From positions 1-64,000 of the forward strand of contig JAANOX010000267.1 in the NCBI GenBank assembly GCA_020184695.1: DNA of 64,000 bases. The letters run 5' to 3'. The notes under the pieces are model-generated. The model ran no database searches and was not told the DNA's origin. It saw only the letters and a list, made by a program, of their open reading frames with translations. Shown piece by piece: positions 46,828 to 56,881 of this stretch. The stretch comes from Histomonas meleagridis 2922-C6/04-290x. Its lineage: Eukaryota; Protista; Parabasalia. Positions within the stretch are counted from its first letter, which is position 1; every line of letters begins with the position of its first letter. Position numbers and translations under genes: made by a program.

Positions 46828-48741
46828 TCAGCTGTGGCTTTTCCTTCGCGTCTTCTCCGGCTGCAGCAGCTTGTTCCCTGTTTGCGTTTTCCTTCTTATT
46901 TCTCCCTTTGTCTTCATCACTTCTGCCTGCGACAGCTTCACGTGCTTCAGCATATCGACTACTTTCATTCCGTCGTAGACGAAGTCTTCGTTCATTTTCT
47001 TCTTATATTCCATTGCAGATATTAACAATTTCTTTTCTATCCTCGGCAACACGCATTTGTATCTTCTTTTGATTTTCTCTGTCTTCGGATCATTTTGTAC
47101 TTTTTCGTTTTTGTTTTTCATCGATTTCATTTTCTGTTCTTCTTCTTTGATGCAATTTTCATACTCCGTGATGATGTCATTCCGTTGTTTCGCTAAATCT
47201 ATCAAAGGCTGTGAGATCTGTAATAACTTTCGATTGTCATAGACAGCCTTCTCAAAGACATTGAAGATTTGGATGTTATCATTCGGATTTGTGACTAACG
47301 AAAATACTTCGTCGATCTTCTTTTGGATTTCTGTTTCGGGATAATGAAAAGTCTCATAGATATAGATAAGCTCGTTTTGAAGATCATTGATTAGTTCAGG
47401 TAATTTCTCATTACGTAATGAACGAAGACGTACAATTTCTTTCTCACATTCACTGATGCTTTCTTCCGTCAAAAGTTTCTTCTTTTCCAGGAATTTGTTA
47501 CGTTCTTCTTTGGGCGTTCGGAGTAATTCCCATTCGTGCGTGATTTCAACGGCAAGTTCATATAATTTCTTGATTCGAGATTCACGAATAGATGTGACGT
47601 CTTCAAGATACTCTTGGAGAATCTCAAAGCTTTTGTGTGATACGTCATTGTTGTCGAAGATTTCTTGGATCTTTGGTGAGACTTTAGATTCTATTTGTTT
47701 CATGACATCTTGAATATCGGTTTTGTACTGTGATAATATGTTTTCGCGTGACTTAACTTCGGCTTTAAGTTCTTCAATTCGTGATTCAAATCTTTGAAGT
47801 CGTTCTTTTGTCAAATCTGTTTCACCAATTTCATTAAATTCTCCTCGGTCTTCTTCTTCATATCCAATCTTATCAAACAATTCATCTATATTCTCTTTAA
47901 GTACTAAAAACTCTTCTTCTCGTTCTTCGAAAGTCGGTTTGAACCCGTCGAAAAGTGACTTCACTTCTGTGTATCGTTCAATTAACGTTCCCTCGTTTCC
48001 TTTTGATTTTACTTCGTTAATTAATGATTCATTGTTCCCTAAAGCTGCAAGTTGTTTGATATGCGTGGTTTTAATTTCTTCGATTTGAGAAATAAGATGA
48101 TTTTTGGTGTCAATAGCTTCTTTAATTGCATCACGTTTAACTCGTTCAATTCGATCTGCTAATTTTTGTTCTTCGGCTTCAATCTCGGTTTGTGAAAGAC
48201 CAAGTTCTTCCCATAAAGATTCTAGATCAGTGGGTTGAGTATCAAGAAGTTGAGATTCGTCATCATCAATAATATTAGCTTCATCTTCTTCAGCATTAAA
48301 CATAGAATAACTACTTTTATCCCAATCGGCTATAAGTTCAGGAGTTTTGACTGCTTGAAGAGGACCTTTTTTAGGAGTTGTGAAATCATTATTCGTTGTA
48401 ATTGGAGATGCAGATTTATCAGATTCATCGTCTCTTTGTCGTAATGCAGAGTTTTTGGTAGATATAATGATCGATGCAGAAGAAGAATCAGAACTAGATT
48501 CATCATCAGAATTTACACCAATTTCTTCAATACCTATTTCAGTATTTTCATTTTCTTTGTTTGTTTCTTCAAAATCATTACCTTTACTTTTTGGTGTTTG
48601 AATAATTTGTTGATGTCTATTATCTTCTTGATCGATATCATCATAAGAAAATGATTGAGCATCTTCAACTAACGTTTCATCTGCATAATTAAAGTTATTT
48701 TGATCATCGTAATTGTCGTCAAATTCTTCTTCCGAATACAT
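46828..48741 (-). CDS. MAP65/Ase1/PRC1 family microtubule-bundling protein
   Basis: LESLWEELG, EITHEWELL..EERNKF, CEKEIVRLRSLR, VLPRIEKKL..DFVYDG; acidic N-terminal extension. Confidence 0.8.
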   Translation of the reverse strand: MYSEEEFDDNYDDQNNFNYADETLVEDAQSFSYDDIDQEDNRHQQIIQTPKSKGNDFEETNKENENTEIGIEEIGVNSDDESSSDSSSASIIISTKNSALRQRDDESDKSASPITTNNDFTTPKKGPLQAVKTPELIADWDKSSYSMFNAEEDEANIIDDDESQLLDTQPTDLESLWEELGLSQTEIEAEEQKLADRIERVKRDAIKEAIDTKNHLISQIEEIKTTHIKQLAALGNNESLINEVKSKGNEGTLIERYTEVKSLFDGFKPTFEEREEEFLVLKENIDELFDKIGYEEEDRGEFNEIGETDLTKERLQRFESRIEELKAEVKSRENILSQYKTDIQDVMKQIESKVSPKIQEIFDNNDVSHKSFEILQEYLEDVTSIRESRIKKLYELAVEITHEWELLRTPKEERNKFLEKKKLLTEESISECEKEIVRLRSLRNEKLPELINDLQNELIYIYETFHYPETEIQKKIDEVFSLVTNPNDNIQIFNVFEKAVYDNRKLLQISQPLIDLAKQRNDIITEYENCIKEEEQKMKSMKNKNEKVQNDPKTEKIKRRYKCVLPRIEKKLLISAMEYKKKMNEDFVYDGMKVVDMLKHVKLSQAEVMKTKGEIRRKTQTGNKLLQPEKTRRKSHS

Positions 48742-48813
48742 ATTAAAAAAAATTAAACGGACAAATCCGACAGGGGCACCCCAAATTTTACTAAATTTTT
48801 TTTTTATTATTTT

Positions 48814-50178
48814 TTATACTTTATTTTCAGATTGAAGCATTGGTGTTTCCATCGATTCTATTTGCTTTTTCAATTTATCATCATCTTCATTTAAAGCCTT
48901 GTAGTAAGGGTCTTTAATTGGGAACAAACAAAACAAAGATAATCCGCAAGAAATCGCCGATAACATCCACAAACCATATTGATAAGCGATTATTGGAATT
49001 GTTTTATCTTTCGTATTTTCATATAAAGAAACAACATAAGAAGTGATACTTCCTTCTATTGAAGTGCCTAACATCAAAAAAAGGTTTCCACATCCCATTA
49101 ATGTGCCCACTAATTCCTTAGATAGCATTTCTTTGAAGGTAATTGCCGCAACAGTTAATGATGCGCCTGAACTTAAAGCGAAAACAAATAACATCGCAAT
49201 TATCACTGCATCTTTTGGAGTATAATTTAGAACCGAAAAGAAAATTGTTGAACCAGTAGCAATGAATGTACAAACAATTAAACAAATTTTCCTATTTTTA
49301 ATCCAATTTGAAATTAATGCTAAAAATGGTGCACCAACAGTCCATGCTATTGAAGTAATTGATATGTAATATGAGGATTTCTTTTGATCATATTTAAGTC
49401 CGTTTTGTAAATATGATTTTCCCCATGTTGATGATACATTAGAATATGTTGAAGGTGTTAAAAATTTCCATATCGCTAACAACCAAAAATCTCTAAACGT
49501 CGCCGACTTTTTGACGTTATTGAGAAGTTTATGCATCGCTTCTTTAAATGTGATTTTGTACTTTGATGGATCGGGTGATCCTTTAAGAAAAATAAAGGCA
49601 AAAATGGATAAAAATAAAGAAATACCTGAACCAATATAAAATGCATTAGGCCAATTGGAATCATTAACTGAACTTCCTAATGGACCTTGTGCTAAAAGAG
49701 CTCCAAGACCTCCACACGCAATTATAGTACTTTGTGCATATGGAAACAGTTTTGGTGAAAACCATTGAGCAAATGATCGACATACAGGAACATACATGCA
49801 CCCACAACCAAGACCTACAAAAAATCTGGCTACACACGTTAAATAAAAATTGCGCGATATGCCAGAAACAAAAGTAAAAATGGCGTTGGAAACAAGAGAG
49901 GAAGAAATAATGTATGATGTATCATACAAATCAGAAAGAGAACCTACAAATGGTTGAACAAGTGCATAGCTCCAAAAGTACATGGTGGACATTACACCAA
50001 GTTTGGATTCTGTAACATTAAGAGATTTTGCAATCTGTTTGTTAAGAACGCCTGTACAATTTCTATGATAATAGCCAATCGCATATACAAGGCTTCCAAC
50101 AACTACCATTAAAATTTTTCTAATCGTGGATTTTGCATCCATTATCAAGAATATTTTGAACGTTGGCCATTTGAGCAA
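48814..50178 (-). CDS. Major facilitator superfamily transporter (about 12 TM)
   Basis: YYHRNC, YFWSYALVQPFVGSLSD, ARFFVGLG, WFSPK; alternating TM helices. Confidence 0.9.
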   Translation of the reverse strand: MLKWPTFKIFLIMDAKSTIRKILMVVVGSLVYAIGYYHRNCTGVLNKQIAKSLNVTESKLGVMSTMYFWSYALVQPFVGSLSDLYDTSYIISSSLVSNAIFTFVSGISRNFYLTCVARFFVGLGCGCMYVPVCRSFAQWFSPKLFPYAQSTIIACGGLGALLAQGPLGSSVNDSNWPNAFYIGSGISLFLSIFAFIFLKGSPDPSKYKITFKEAMHKLLNNVKKSATFRDFWLLAIWKFLTPSTYSNVSSTWGKSYLQNGLKYDQKKSSYYISITSIAWTVGAPFLALISNWIKNRKICLIVCTFIATGSTIFFSVLNYTPKDAVIIAMLFVFALSSGASLTVAAITFKEMLSKELVGTLMGCGNLFLMLGTSIEGSITSYVVSLYENTKDKTIPIIAYQYGLWMLSAISCGLSLFCLFPIKDPYYKALNEDDDKLKKQIESMETPMLQSENKV

Positions 50179-50322
50179 CGATAATTATATTTAACAGAAC
50201 ATGTTAAAAATTTGACACAATCATGAACAAAAGATTCTTTTACTCATATTTACTTGTTCATTTTAAAACATTAAAAAAAAATAGCTTATTCATCGTTTTT
50301 ATCTATATGAATACATTTCGTT

Positions 50323-50957
50323 TTATTTATGATGTGCATGAATTGCTCTTGATCCATTTTTACAACCTGCTTCTTTAAGAATTGTAATAACTTCGGTCCT
50401 ATTCATGTCTTCTGCAAGATCAAGAGCTGTTCTAAAAGCAAAAAGAAAACATGATAAAAGAATAAAAAACATCAGTGAAAAAAGTCAAAAAACATCAAAA
50501 ATATGTTAAAAACCACAGCGGAAAGATTGACACCATGACTTAAGAATAGTTTTATAGAATCAACTCGTCCAAAAGATGCAGCAATTGTGATGGGTGGTGG
50601 ATTACCATAATTAATATCAACACCTGATTGAACAAGAGCTTCAACACATTTTTCTTTGCCAAGCATGAGCGACCATTGTAAGGGCGTTCTAAAATTTCAA
50701 AGTAAACAAATTCACCATAATTAATTTCAGCACCTGAATCTACAAGTACTTTGATAAAGTTATATTTGCCTGACTTGCAGCATGAAATAAGTGCTTCATT
50801 AAGTTAGTTTAAAATAAACTAAATCATTAACATTCAAATTTTGAGTGGTTTTTAACTGAGAAATTGCTTCTTGTAATTTAGTTGGATCATCACCACGAAG
50901 TGCTGTTCGAAAAGCAGTTTTATTTTGAGATGCTTGCCGAGAGGAAGCTTTCATCAT
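50323..50957 (-). CDS. Small ankyrin repeat protein interrupted by three T-rich inserts (putative non-canonical introns)
   Basis: Removing 50798-50820, 50688-50707 and 50431-50513 gives a stop-free protein of about 5 ankyrin repeats from ATG 50957 to TAA 50323. Confidence 0.7.
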
Positions 50958-51036
50958 TCGGGTGCCCTGATTTGTAAATTATTCAATTGTCCTTAACGTG
51001 TTTTCTTAAATAATTTTTTACAAAGCTTTTAGAAGG

Positions 51037-52056
51037 TTGTTTTTTTTCCTTTTTTCAGTTACACTTGTTACAAGTAATGATGATGTCTCTATAACAACAC
51101 AGGACCTAGTCAATAGAATTAATAACGATCCACATTCTACATATAAATCCAAACTATATCCTCAGTTTACACAAATGACGAATAAAGAATTAATGAACAT
51201 ACTTACACCAGTTAGCCAGAAAATTATTAATCCTATAAGCAAAAATATCTCATCAAATGAAAATATTTTTGTACCAAATTTACCGAGGTTTTTTGCTGGC
51301 TGGGGAGTTTATAATTGTACTACGAGCAAAAGCAAATTTTGTTCATACTATAGTAATTCGGCAATCAACAAATATTATTATCAAGTTTTCGATAACAAAG
51401 TTTATTTAGCTTCATGGGCAACATCAGTCACATCAGCAATGTCACTAGCATTATCAATTCATTGGAACCAACAATATTTACTCTCAGTTCAATTTCTTTT
51501 GGATTGTGATCCATTTTTTAATCCATCAATGGGTCGTCCACCTCTTAACTCTTATGAGCCTCTCTTCAAAAAAGTACCTCTTCAAACCCATTGGCCACAA
51601 CCGACAACCCCACTTCGTCTTCCAAAAGGCAATCGATCTTATTGTGATTCCGAAACAGATTGTTATCCTGGATGGCATAACTGCCAGCGCAAAAGTGTTT
51701 TAATGGGAAGTTGTAATCCTGGTGAAATGAGTGATAATTGTCCAATTTACTTCCTATATGATCCTAAAATTATTCAAAGTCATATCTACAATGTCGGACC
51801 TGTAACCTCTACCATTACCATTAGGCCTTCATTCTTTACATATAGTGGAGGTATTTACTCATCGAATGAAAATGAATCAATTATTGGATCACTTGATGTA
51901 ACAATAATTGGTTGGGGACAACAAAATTCAACCGACAACACTCCTAGTGGGTGGTGGTATGTAATTCCGCATCTTGGCCGTGATTTCGGCGCTTCTTGCA
52001 CAACCATCATCTTTGTAATAAATTTCTCCGCATTTTGGACATGTTCTAAAACCTAA
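51037..52056 (+). CDS. Papain-family (cathepsin B/TIN-ag-like) pseudo-protease, C-terminally truncated near 51990
   Basis: Signal-like (M)FFFLFSV, I29-like propeptide (FTQMTNKEL), ASWATS, LSVQFLLDCD, GPVTSTI, FFTYSGGIY, IIGWG; catalytic residues replaced; TTG start. Confidence 0.75.
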   Translation: MFFFLFSVTLVTSNDDVSITTQDLVNRINNDPHSTYKSKLYPQFTQMTNKELMNILTPVSQKIINPISKNISSNENIFVPNLPRFFAGWGVYNCTTSKSKFCSYYSNSAINKYYYQVFDNKVYLASWATSVTSAMSLALSIHWNQQYLLSVQFLLDCDPFFNPSMGRPPLNSYEPLFKKVPLQTHWPQPTTPLRLPKGNRSYCDSETDCYPGWHNCQRKSVLMGSCNPGEMSDNCPIYFLYDPKIIQSHIYNVGPVTSTITIRPSFFTYSGGIYSSNENESIIGSLDVTIIGWGQQNSTDNTPSGWWYVIPHLGRDFGASCTTIIFVINFSAFWTCSKT

Positions 52057-53489
52057 TGGGCATTTGTTCTGTAATGACTTACTTAAAAGCATATCATATT
52101 CTTGTAATCTAAAATTATACTTAACATAATCCGGAATTTTATTTGTATTAAAACCTTTTAATAAGTGGTGAAAATGCCATTGAATTTTAAAATTATAAAA
52201 ATAATCAACAACTCTTCTAATGTATTCATCTCTATTATCAGGATTTATGTTTAAAAATTCGGTATCATCAGGTTTCAAAAAGTCATATTGTTCATTTGAT
52301 AAATTTACAACATTACCATTATCATCAATAATATCAAATTGATTGTAGTCTGGGGATTCAATGCAATCCTGATATAAATCTTTAGCATCATGATGCTGAT
52401 TTGGATATACTTCTTTTAAGTCATGGAATGAAATTGCTTTGCTTAAAAGCTTCTTATAAAAAACAAGTGGGAAATGTATTGATGTTTGCGTCTTATTCGT
52501 AATGTATGCTGATATTAAAAGTCCAAGGATTTCTAAGTTTTTAGCATTATCATCATTCTTTTCTATGTCTGTATTAAACCAATAAATGTTTTTACTGTTG
52601 GAGATACATTTCATACAATTTGTTTGTGCAATGAAAAACCAAATTAAATCCATTGAAATTGGTGCAAATTCGAGATTTACTTCGCGTGTAAGTTTAAGAC
52701 TAATTTGTTCTCCTTCATCAATATGTGTCTGTAATTTCTTAATATCATTTAATTCTTGATCACCAATTCGTATTATGGCTTCTTTGGTTATATTTGGAAT
52801 TTCTTGTGCGTCATATTCTTTCTTTTTTGTTATGAAAGGAATCATAAGTTTATATTCTTGTTCTATAGTTTGTGTGGTGTTGTTTTCTTTATATTGTTCA
52901 AAAACCACTTCTGGAATAGGACATGCATCTTTATATTCTAATTGATGTTCAAGATTTTCGTTCGCTAATATAAGATAATATGGAACGCGAAATGTCTCAC
53001 CATGCTTGAATTTATATGCTTCAAAGAAATGATGAAAAAAATGAATGGCTGATGCCATTAAAATACGTGATTTTTTTCAAGTTGTTGATAAAATTCACCA
53101 GTGAAAATTCTTGGTATATCAAATTCAGTTGCTTCAACATAATCACTTGTTTGACTAAATTTATCATATGTTAAGAAATCACCAACGATATTATATGCAT
53201 GTTTTTGCATATGTTTCGATAACCCAAGTAATACTAAAAAGGCTCTTTGCATGTTTTTTATATTATTGCTATTTAATATTCTTTCAACTGTTTGATAAAT
53301 TTTGTCTTCATCAAGATGAATAGTATTAACATTTTCATCATTATTATAATATTTCAAAAGTTGCTTATTAAAATCAAAACTTCCGTCTTCATTTTCTGGT
53401 TCTTGAAAGAGATAAATAAATTCATTCTCATTGTAGATATTTTCTGGTACTGTTTCGCTCATCAACCAAAATGAACTAAAATTAGGCAT
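51928..53489 (-). CDS. HECT N-lobe-containing protein with C-terminal CPxC motif; frameshifted at 53060-53070 and truncated
   Basis: LGLLISAYITN..IHFPLVFYKKLL, NRDEYIRRVVDY, HFHHLLKGF. One extra A in the 7-A run joins 53058..53489 to 51928..53058. Confidence 0.7.
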
Positions 53490-53611
53490 TTTTTAAAAAA
53501 ATTAGCCAACTTTACTTATCGTTACATTGAAAACACTGGAAAAATAAATTTATTTTCGGTTAAAATACATCAACATTAATTTTTGCCAATAATTACTTCA
53601 TTGTTTTTTTT

Positions 53612-54371
53612 ATGAACCGAAATTCTTCAATGTCTTCTCCTAAACGTGATTTAGAACCAAGCATTCAAAAACAAATTATTAAATTTAAAGAAACAGAAAA
53701 AATAAAGCCGAATGAAAAAGAGGATATTAAATCGTTTGATAATCTTATTTTTGTCTTGAATTTACTATCAGGTGGAAAATTCAAAGATGACTTACAGAAA
53801 CTAAAACCTAGAGGTAAGATATTTTTCATTGTTAGGGATTCTTATCTAAAGTATGGAAAATTTATATTAGCTCATAAAGAATCCTTTGGATTCACAGAAG
53901 ATGACCTAAATAAAATTAAAGATGATCTTGTCCCACTAAGTAAATCCACTGATGATAATGCATTTTGTACAACTTATTATTGGCTTTTTAATAAGTGTTC
54001 TAGAGAAGATATTTTGCCTGAATTTAAGAAAATAACAACTAATATCAAAAAGGTTAATACTGATTTTCTGACAAATGTAAAAGAAATTCCTAAAAAAACT
54101 GAAATCAAAAGTATAGGAAAACTCAAAATTCCAGAAAATTATCTTAAGATTGTCCAAGTCAAAACGCCTATTTTTAGGTAAAAATCAAATATCGGATACA
54201 TTAACAGAATTACAAGAAAAAAACAAAACAAAAATTAAAAGTAAAGAAAAAGAGGAAAACAAAAAAGAGAAAAGAAAGAAACGTATAGATGATTATCGTA
54301 TGAAAAAAGAAAAATATTTAGCAAACTTTAGAGCAAATTTGCTAAATTCATCAATAAAAAGTCAACCTTGA
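53612..54371 (+). CDS. Hypothetical basic protein; two ORFs joined by a T-run frameshift near 54175
   Basis: Removing one T gives ..KTPILGKNQISDTLTELQE.. as a continuous frame. Confidence 0.55.
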
Positions 54372-54493
54372 TATCATATAAATCTTATCTCTTATTTGAA
54401 GTTTAACATTGTTTAATAAAAAATTTATTAGTATACACATAAATGTTAAAATTTAGTTTAAAAATCAAACAAAACAAAAAATGATTAAAATCT

Positions 54494-55921
54494 TCACTTG
54501 GGTTCAAGGTATGATTGAATCGCTTTTGATGTTTCCTTTTCCAAGTGCTCCATTTCTATGAGTTCATCACATATCAATCTCAAAGAGTTGAGATAATTGC
54601 AAAGATCTTCGTTGGTCCATTCTGTTTCAAAGTCTTGGCCCATATGCTTGAGCAAGCGTTGTAGCTCATGCTTACTACTTTCATTATTTCCAACTGTTTT
54701 ATCATCATTTTCAAATTGCTCAAAATGAGAATAAATTTGTGTAACCTTTTGAGAAATTTCGCGACCTAAAAGTTGCATCTGTGCATTAAACTTATGTCTT
54801 TCGCCACCAAATTTATCATATTTTCCTTGCGTTTTAATAGCTAGTTTCGCAATTTCTTCATTTTCTTGTTGTTGTTTTGCATTTTCAGCATTGTCCTTAA
54901 ATTGGTCAACCATTACACCAACAAATATATTCGCAAAAACAAAAGCACCGACCCATAACCAAGAAAGGAAAAAGATCAGAGTTAACGGCTTCCCGACAAC
55001 CGCCGAAACTTCACTGAAAATTGAGAGCCAACTGTCAAAAGTCATCAATTGGAAAACGGTTACCATCGATTTCCCAAATGATCGAAATTTGTATCTGTAT
55101 TCGTAATCCTCGTTATCGCTAATTGTATATTCATAAAATAACCATTGCCCTATTATTGCAAAAATACACATAATAAGAACTATTAAGATGGAAACAAATA
55201 ACATGGATTTGGCTGCAGATGCAAGAGCTTCTGTTATTTTTTGAAGTGACGAAATTCTAGGAACAAGACGAAATATACGAGATGCATTAAGAATATAAAT
55301 TATCTTAATTTTTTCACCAAGATGCATAATATCAAAATTCAATTGGGTACAAACTAAAATAACAAACCCAGGTGGACATATTGATATTACAAATAAAATG
55401 AAATCAAAAACATTCCAAACGTTTGTCCAAAAGTTTCGGCGATGTGCAAGAATTTTTAATGTAATCTCAACAAAATAAAACGCTGTTGCAACAAATTCAT
55501 AGTTTCTAAAAATTTGAAAAAGAAGTCTGTGTTCTTCTTCGTTAGCTGAGCAAAGGTAAACTGATGTAAATACATTGATAAACAATAAAACTGTGATAAA
55601 ATAAGAAACAATTGGTGATTGAGTTATCTTAAAAGCTGTGTAAAAAAATGGTACTTTATATTTGTATCTGAGTCGATTTCTTTCTCGATAAATTTGATTA
55701 AATTCTGATTTTTCAATCCTCCTGAGTGGCTGAATTGCAACAGGTTGGTTGGGCGTTTGTTTCACAAGATGATCAAGTTCATTTTCAAAATCATCTGATA
55801 CAGATGATAGAGAAACTGCAAAAGGTGTTGATGACCCCTCCATTTTTCTCACCTCTTCTGCTAATTGATGGCGAAGAAGCATTGATCTTCGTGCAGTTGA
55901 TTTGATTTTTTGAGGTTTCAT
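54494..55921 (-). CDS. Single-domain 6-TM voltage-gated cation channel subunit, CatSper-like
   Basis: YFVEITLKI, WNVFDFI, S4 SRIFRLVPR, pore VFQLMTFDSW, S6 ANIFVGVMVDQF, C-terminal coiled coil. Confidence 0.85.
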   Translation of the reverse strand: MKPQKIKSTARRSMLLRHQLAEEVRKMEGSSTPFAVSLSSVSDDFENELDHLVKQTPNQPVAIQPLRRIEKSEFNQIYRERNRLRYKYKVPFFYTAFKITQSPIVSYFITVLLFINVFTSVYLCSANEEEHRLLFQIFRNYEFVATAFYFVEITLKILAHRRNFWTNVWNVFDFILFVISICPPGFVILVCTQLNFDIMHLGEKIKIIYILNASRIFRLVPRISSLQKITEALASAAKSMLFVSILIVLIMCIFAIIGQWLFYEYTISDNEDYEYRYKFRSFGKSMVTVFQLMTFDSWLSIFSEVSAVVGKPLTLIFFLSWLWVGAFVFANIFVGVMVDQFKDNAENAKQQQENEEIAKLAIKTQGKYDKFGGERHKFNAQMQLLGREISQKVTQIYSHFEQFENDDKTVGNNESSKHELQRLLKHMGQDFETEWTNEDLCNYLNSLRLICDELIEMEHLEKETSKAIQSYLEPK

Positions 55922-56009
55922 TTATTCTTTTCTCCTCATGTATTGTAAACTATTGAAACATGAATACGTTAAAAAGTGCATTTTTGCAAAAAAAAAAAAA
56001 AAAAAATAA

Positions 56010-56660
56010 ATGGAACAAGACATAAATTGGGACAATCTTGAGGCAAATTCAATACAAGCGTTGAAGTTTGCATGTCAACAGAATCGTTTACATCCACATG
56101 GAAAGACCAAAAGAGATTACATTAATGCACTAAAAAAAATTCGACCAAATAAAAGCAACTACAGCACTATTAATAATTTTCAATCAGGTTCACAAGGTAA
56201 CAGAGGAAACAGTCAAACATATATATCAAGCAGATTAGGTGGATCTCAACCTTTTGAACCACAGTATAATCAACAAAGATTTGAGCAGCCTCAACCTTTC
56301 GAACCACAGTATAATCAGCAGAGGTTTGTGGAACCTCATCCCTTTGAATCACAATTTAATCAACAAAGATTTCAAAATGAAATGCCACAACAACGTGGCT
56401 TTAGTCCAAGCACAGCGAACGGAAGTGCATATCAACGCCCTATAACCAACAGATACCAGTCGCATCAATTAACAAGTGATGGCCTTCCAATTGATCCGTT
56501 CCCATCTTATTCCTCAAGGTCAAGTAGCTACTCCACTCGAACCCCAACTCCACTTTCATCAAGGTCTTCTCCTGTAACAACTCAACGCAAGATCTCGTCT
56601 ATGATTATCTCGATTATTTTATTTATCTTGATCATTATTGTGCTTTCCCAGATTGTTTAA
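56010..56660 (+). CDS. SAP/LEM-like N-terminal domain + low-complexity region + C-terminal TM protein
   Basis: LEANSIQALKFACQQNRLHPHGKTKRDYINAL; Q/P/S-rich middle; terminal hydrophobic IISIILFILIIIVL. Confidence 0.65.
   Translation: MEQDINWDNLEANSIQALKFACQQNRLHPHGKTKRDYINALKKIRPNKSNYSTINNFQSGSQGNRGNSQTYISSRLGGSQPFEPQYNQQRFEQPQPFEPQYNQQRFVEPHPFESQFNQQRFQNEMPQQRGFSPSTANGSAYQRPITNRYQSHQLTSDGLPIDPFPSYSSRSSSYSTRTPTPLSSRSSPVTTQRKISSMIISIILFILIIIVLSQIV
56247..56381 (+). repeat. Three in-frame 45-bp tandem repeats (QPFEPQYNQQRFxxP)
   Basis: Directly visible at both DNA and protein level. Confidence 0.9.
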
Positions 56661-56881
56661 GTTTGCAATTTCAAGCACTTCAAATAAATCCAATTTTCAT
56701 ATTTCGAAGTTTTTTTGATTTTTTAAATTTTATAGCTATTATAGACTAAAAATGCATTGCGTTTTTGCTTGTGTTCCTCAATAAAATAATCAAGAATTTC
56801 ATATTTTTTGTTTTTTCCTTTTTGTTCACGTTTTTAATTTAACCGTTACGGTTATTCACAGAAAAGGATGACCAAAAATCA

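Noticed and set aside
50794-50820. Canonical 27-nt GT..ACTAAC..AG intron in the small ankyrin gene
   Set aside because: It has a branch-like ACTAAC, but its removal leaves the downstream ankyrin exon out of frame and leads to a stop.
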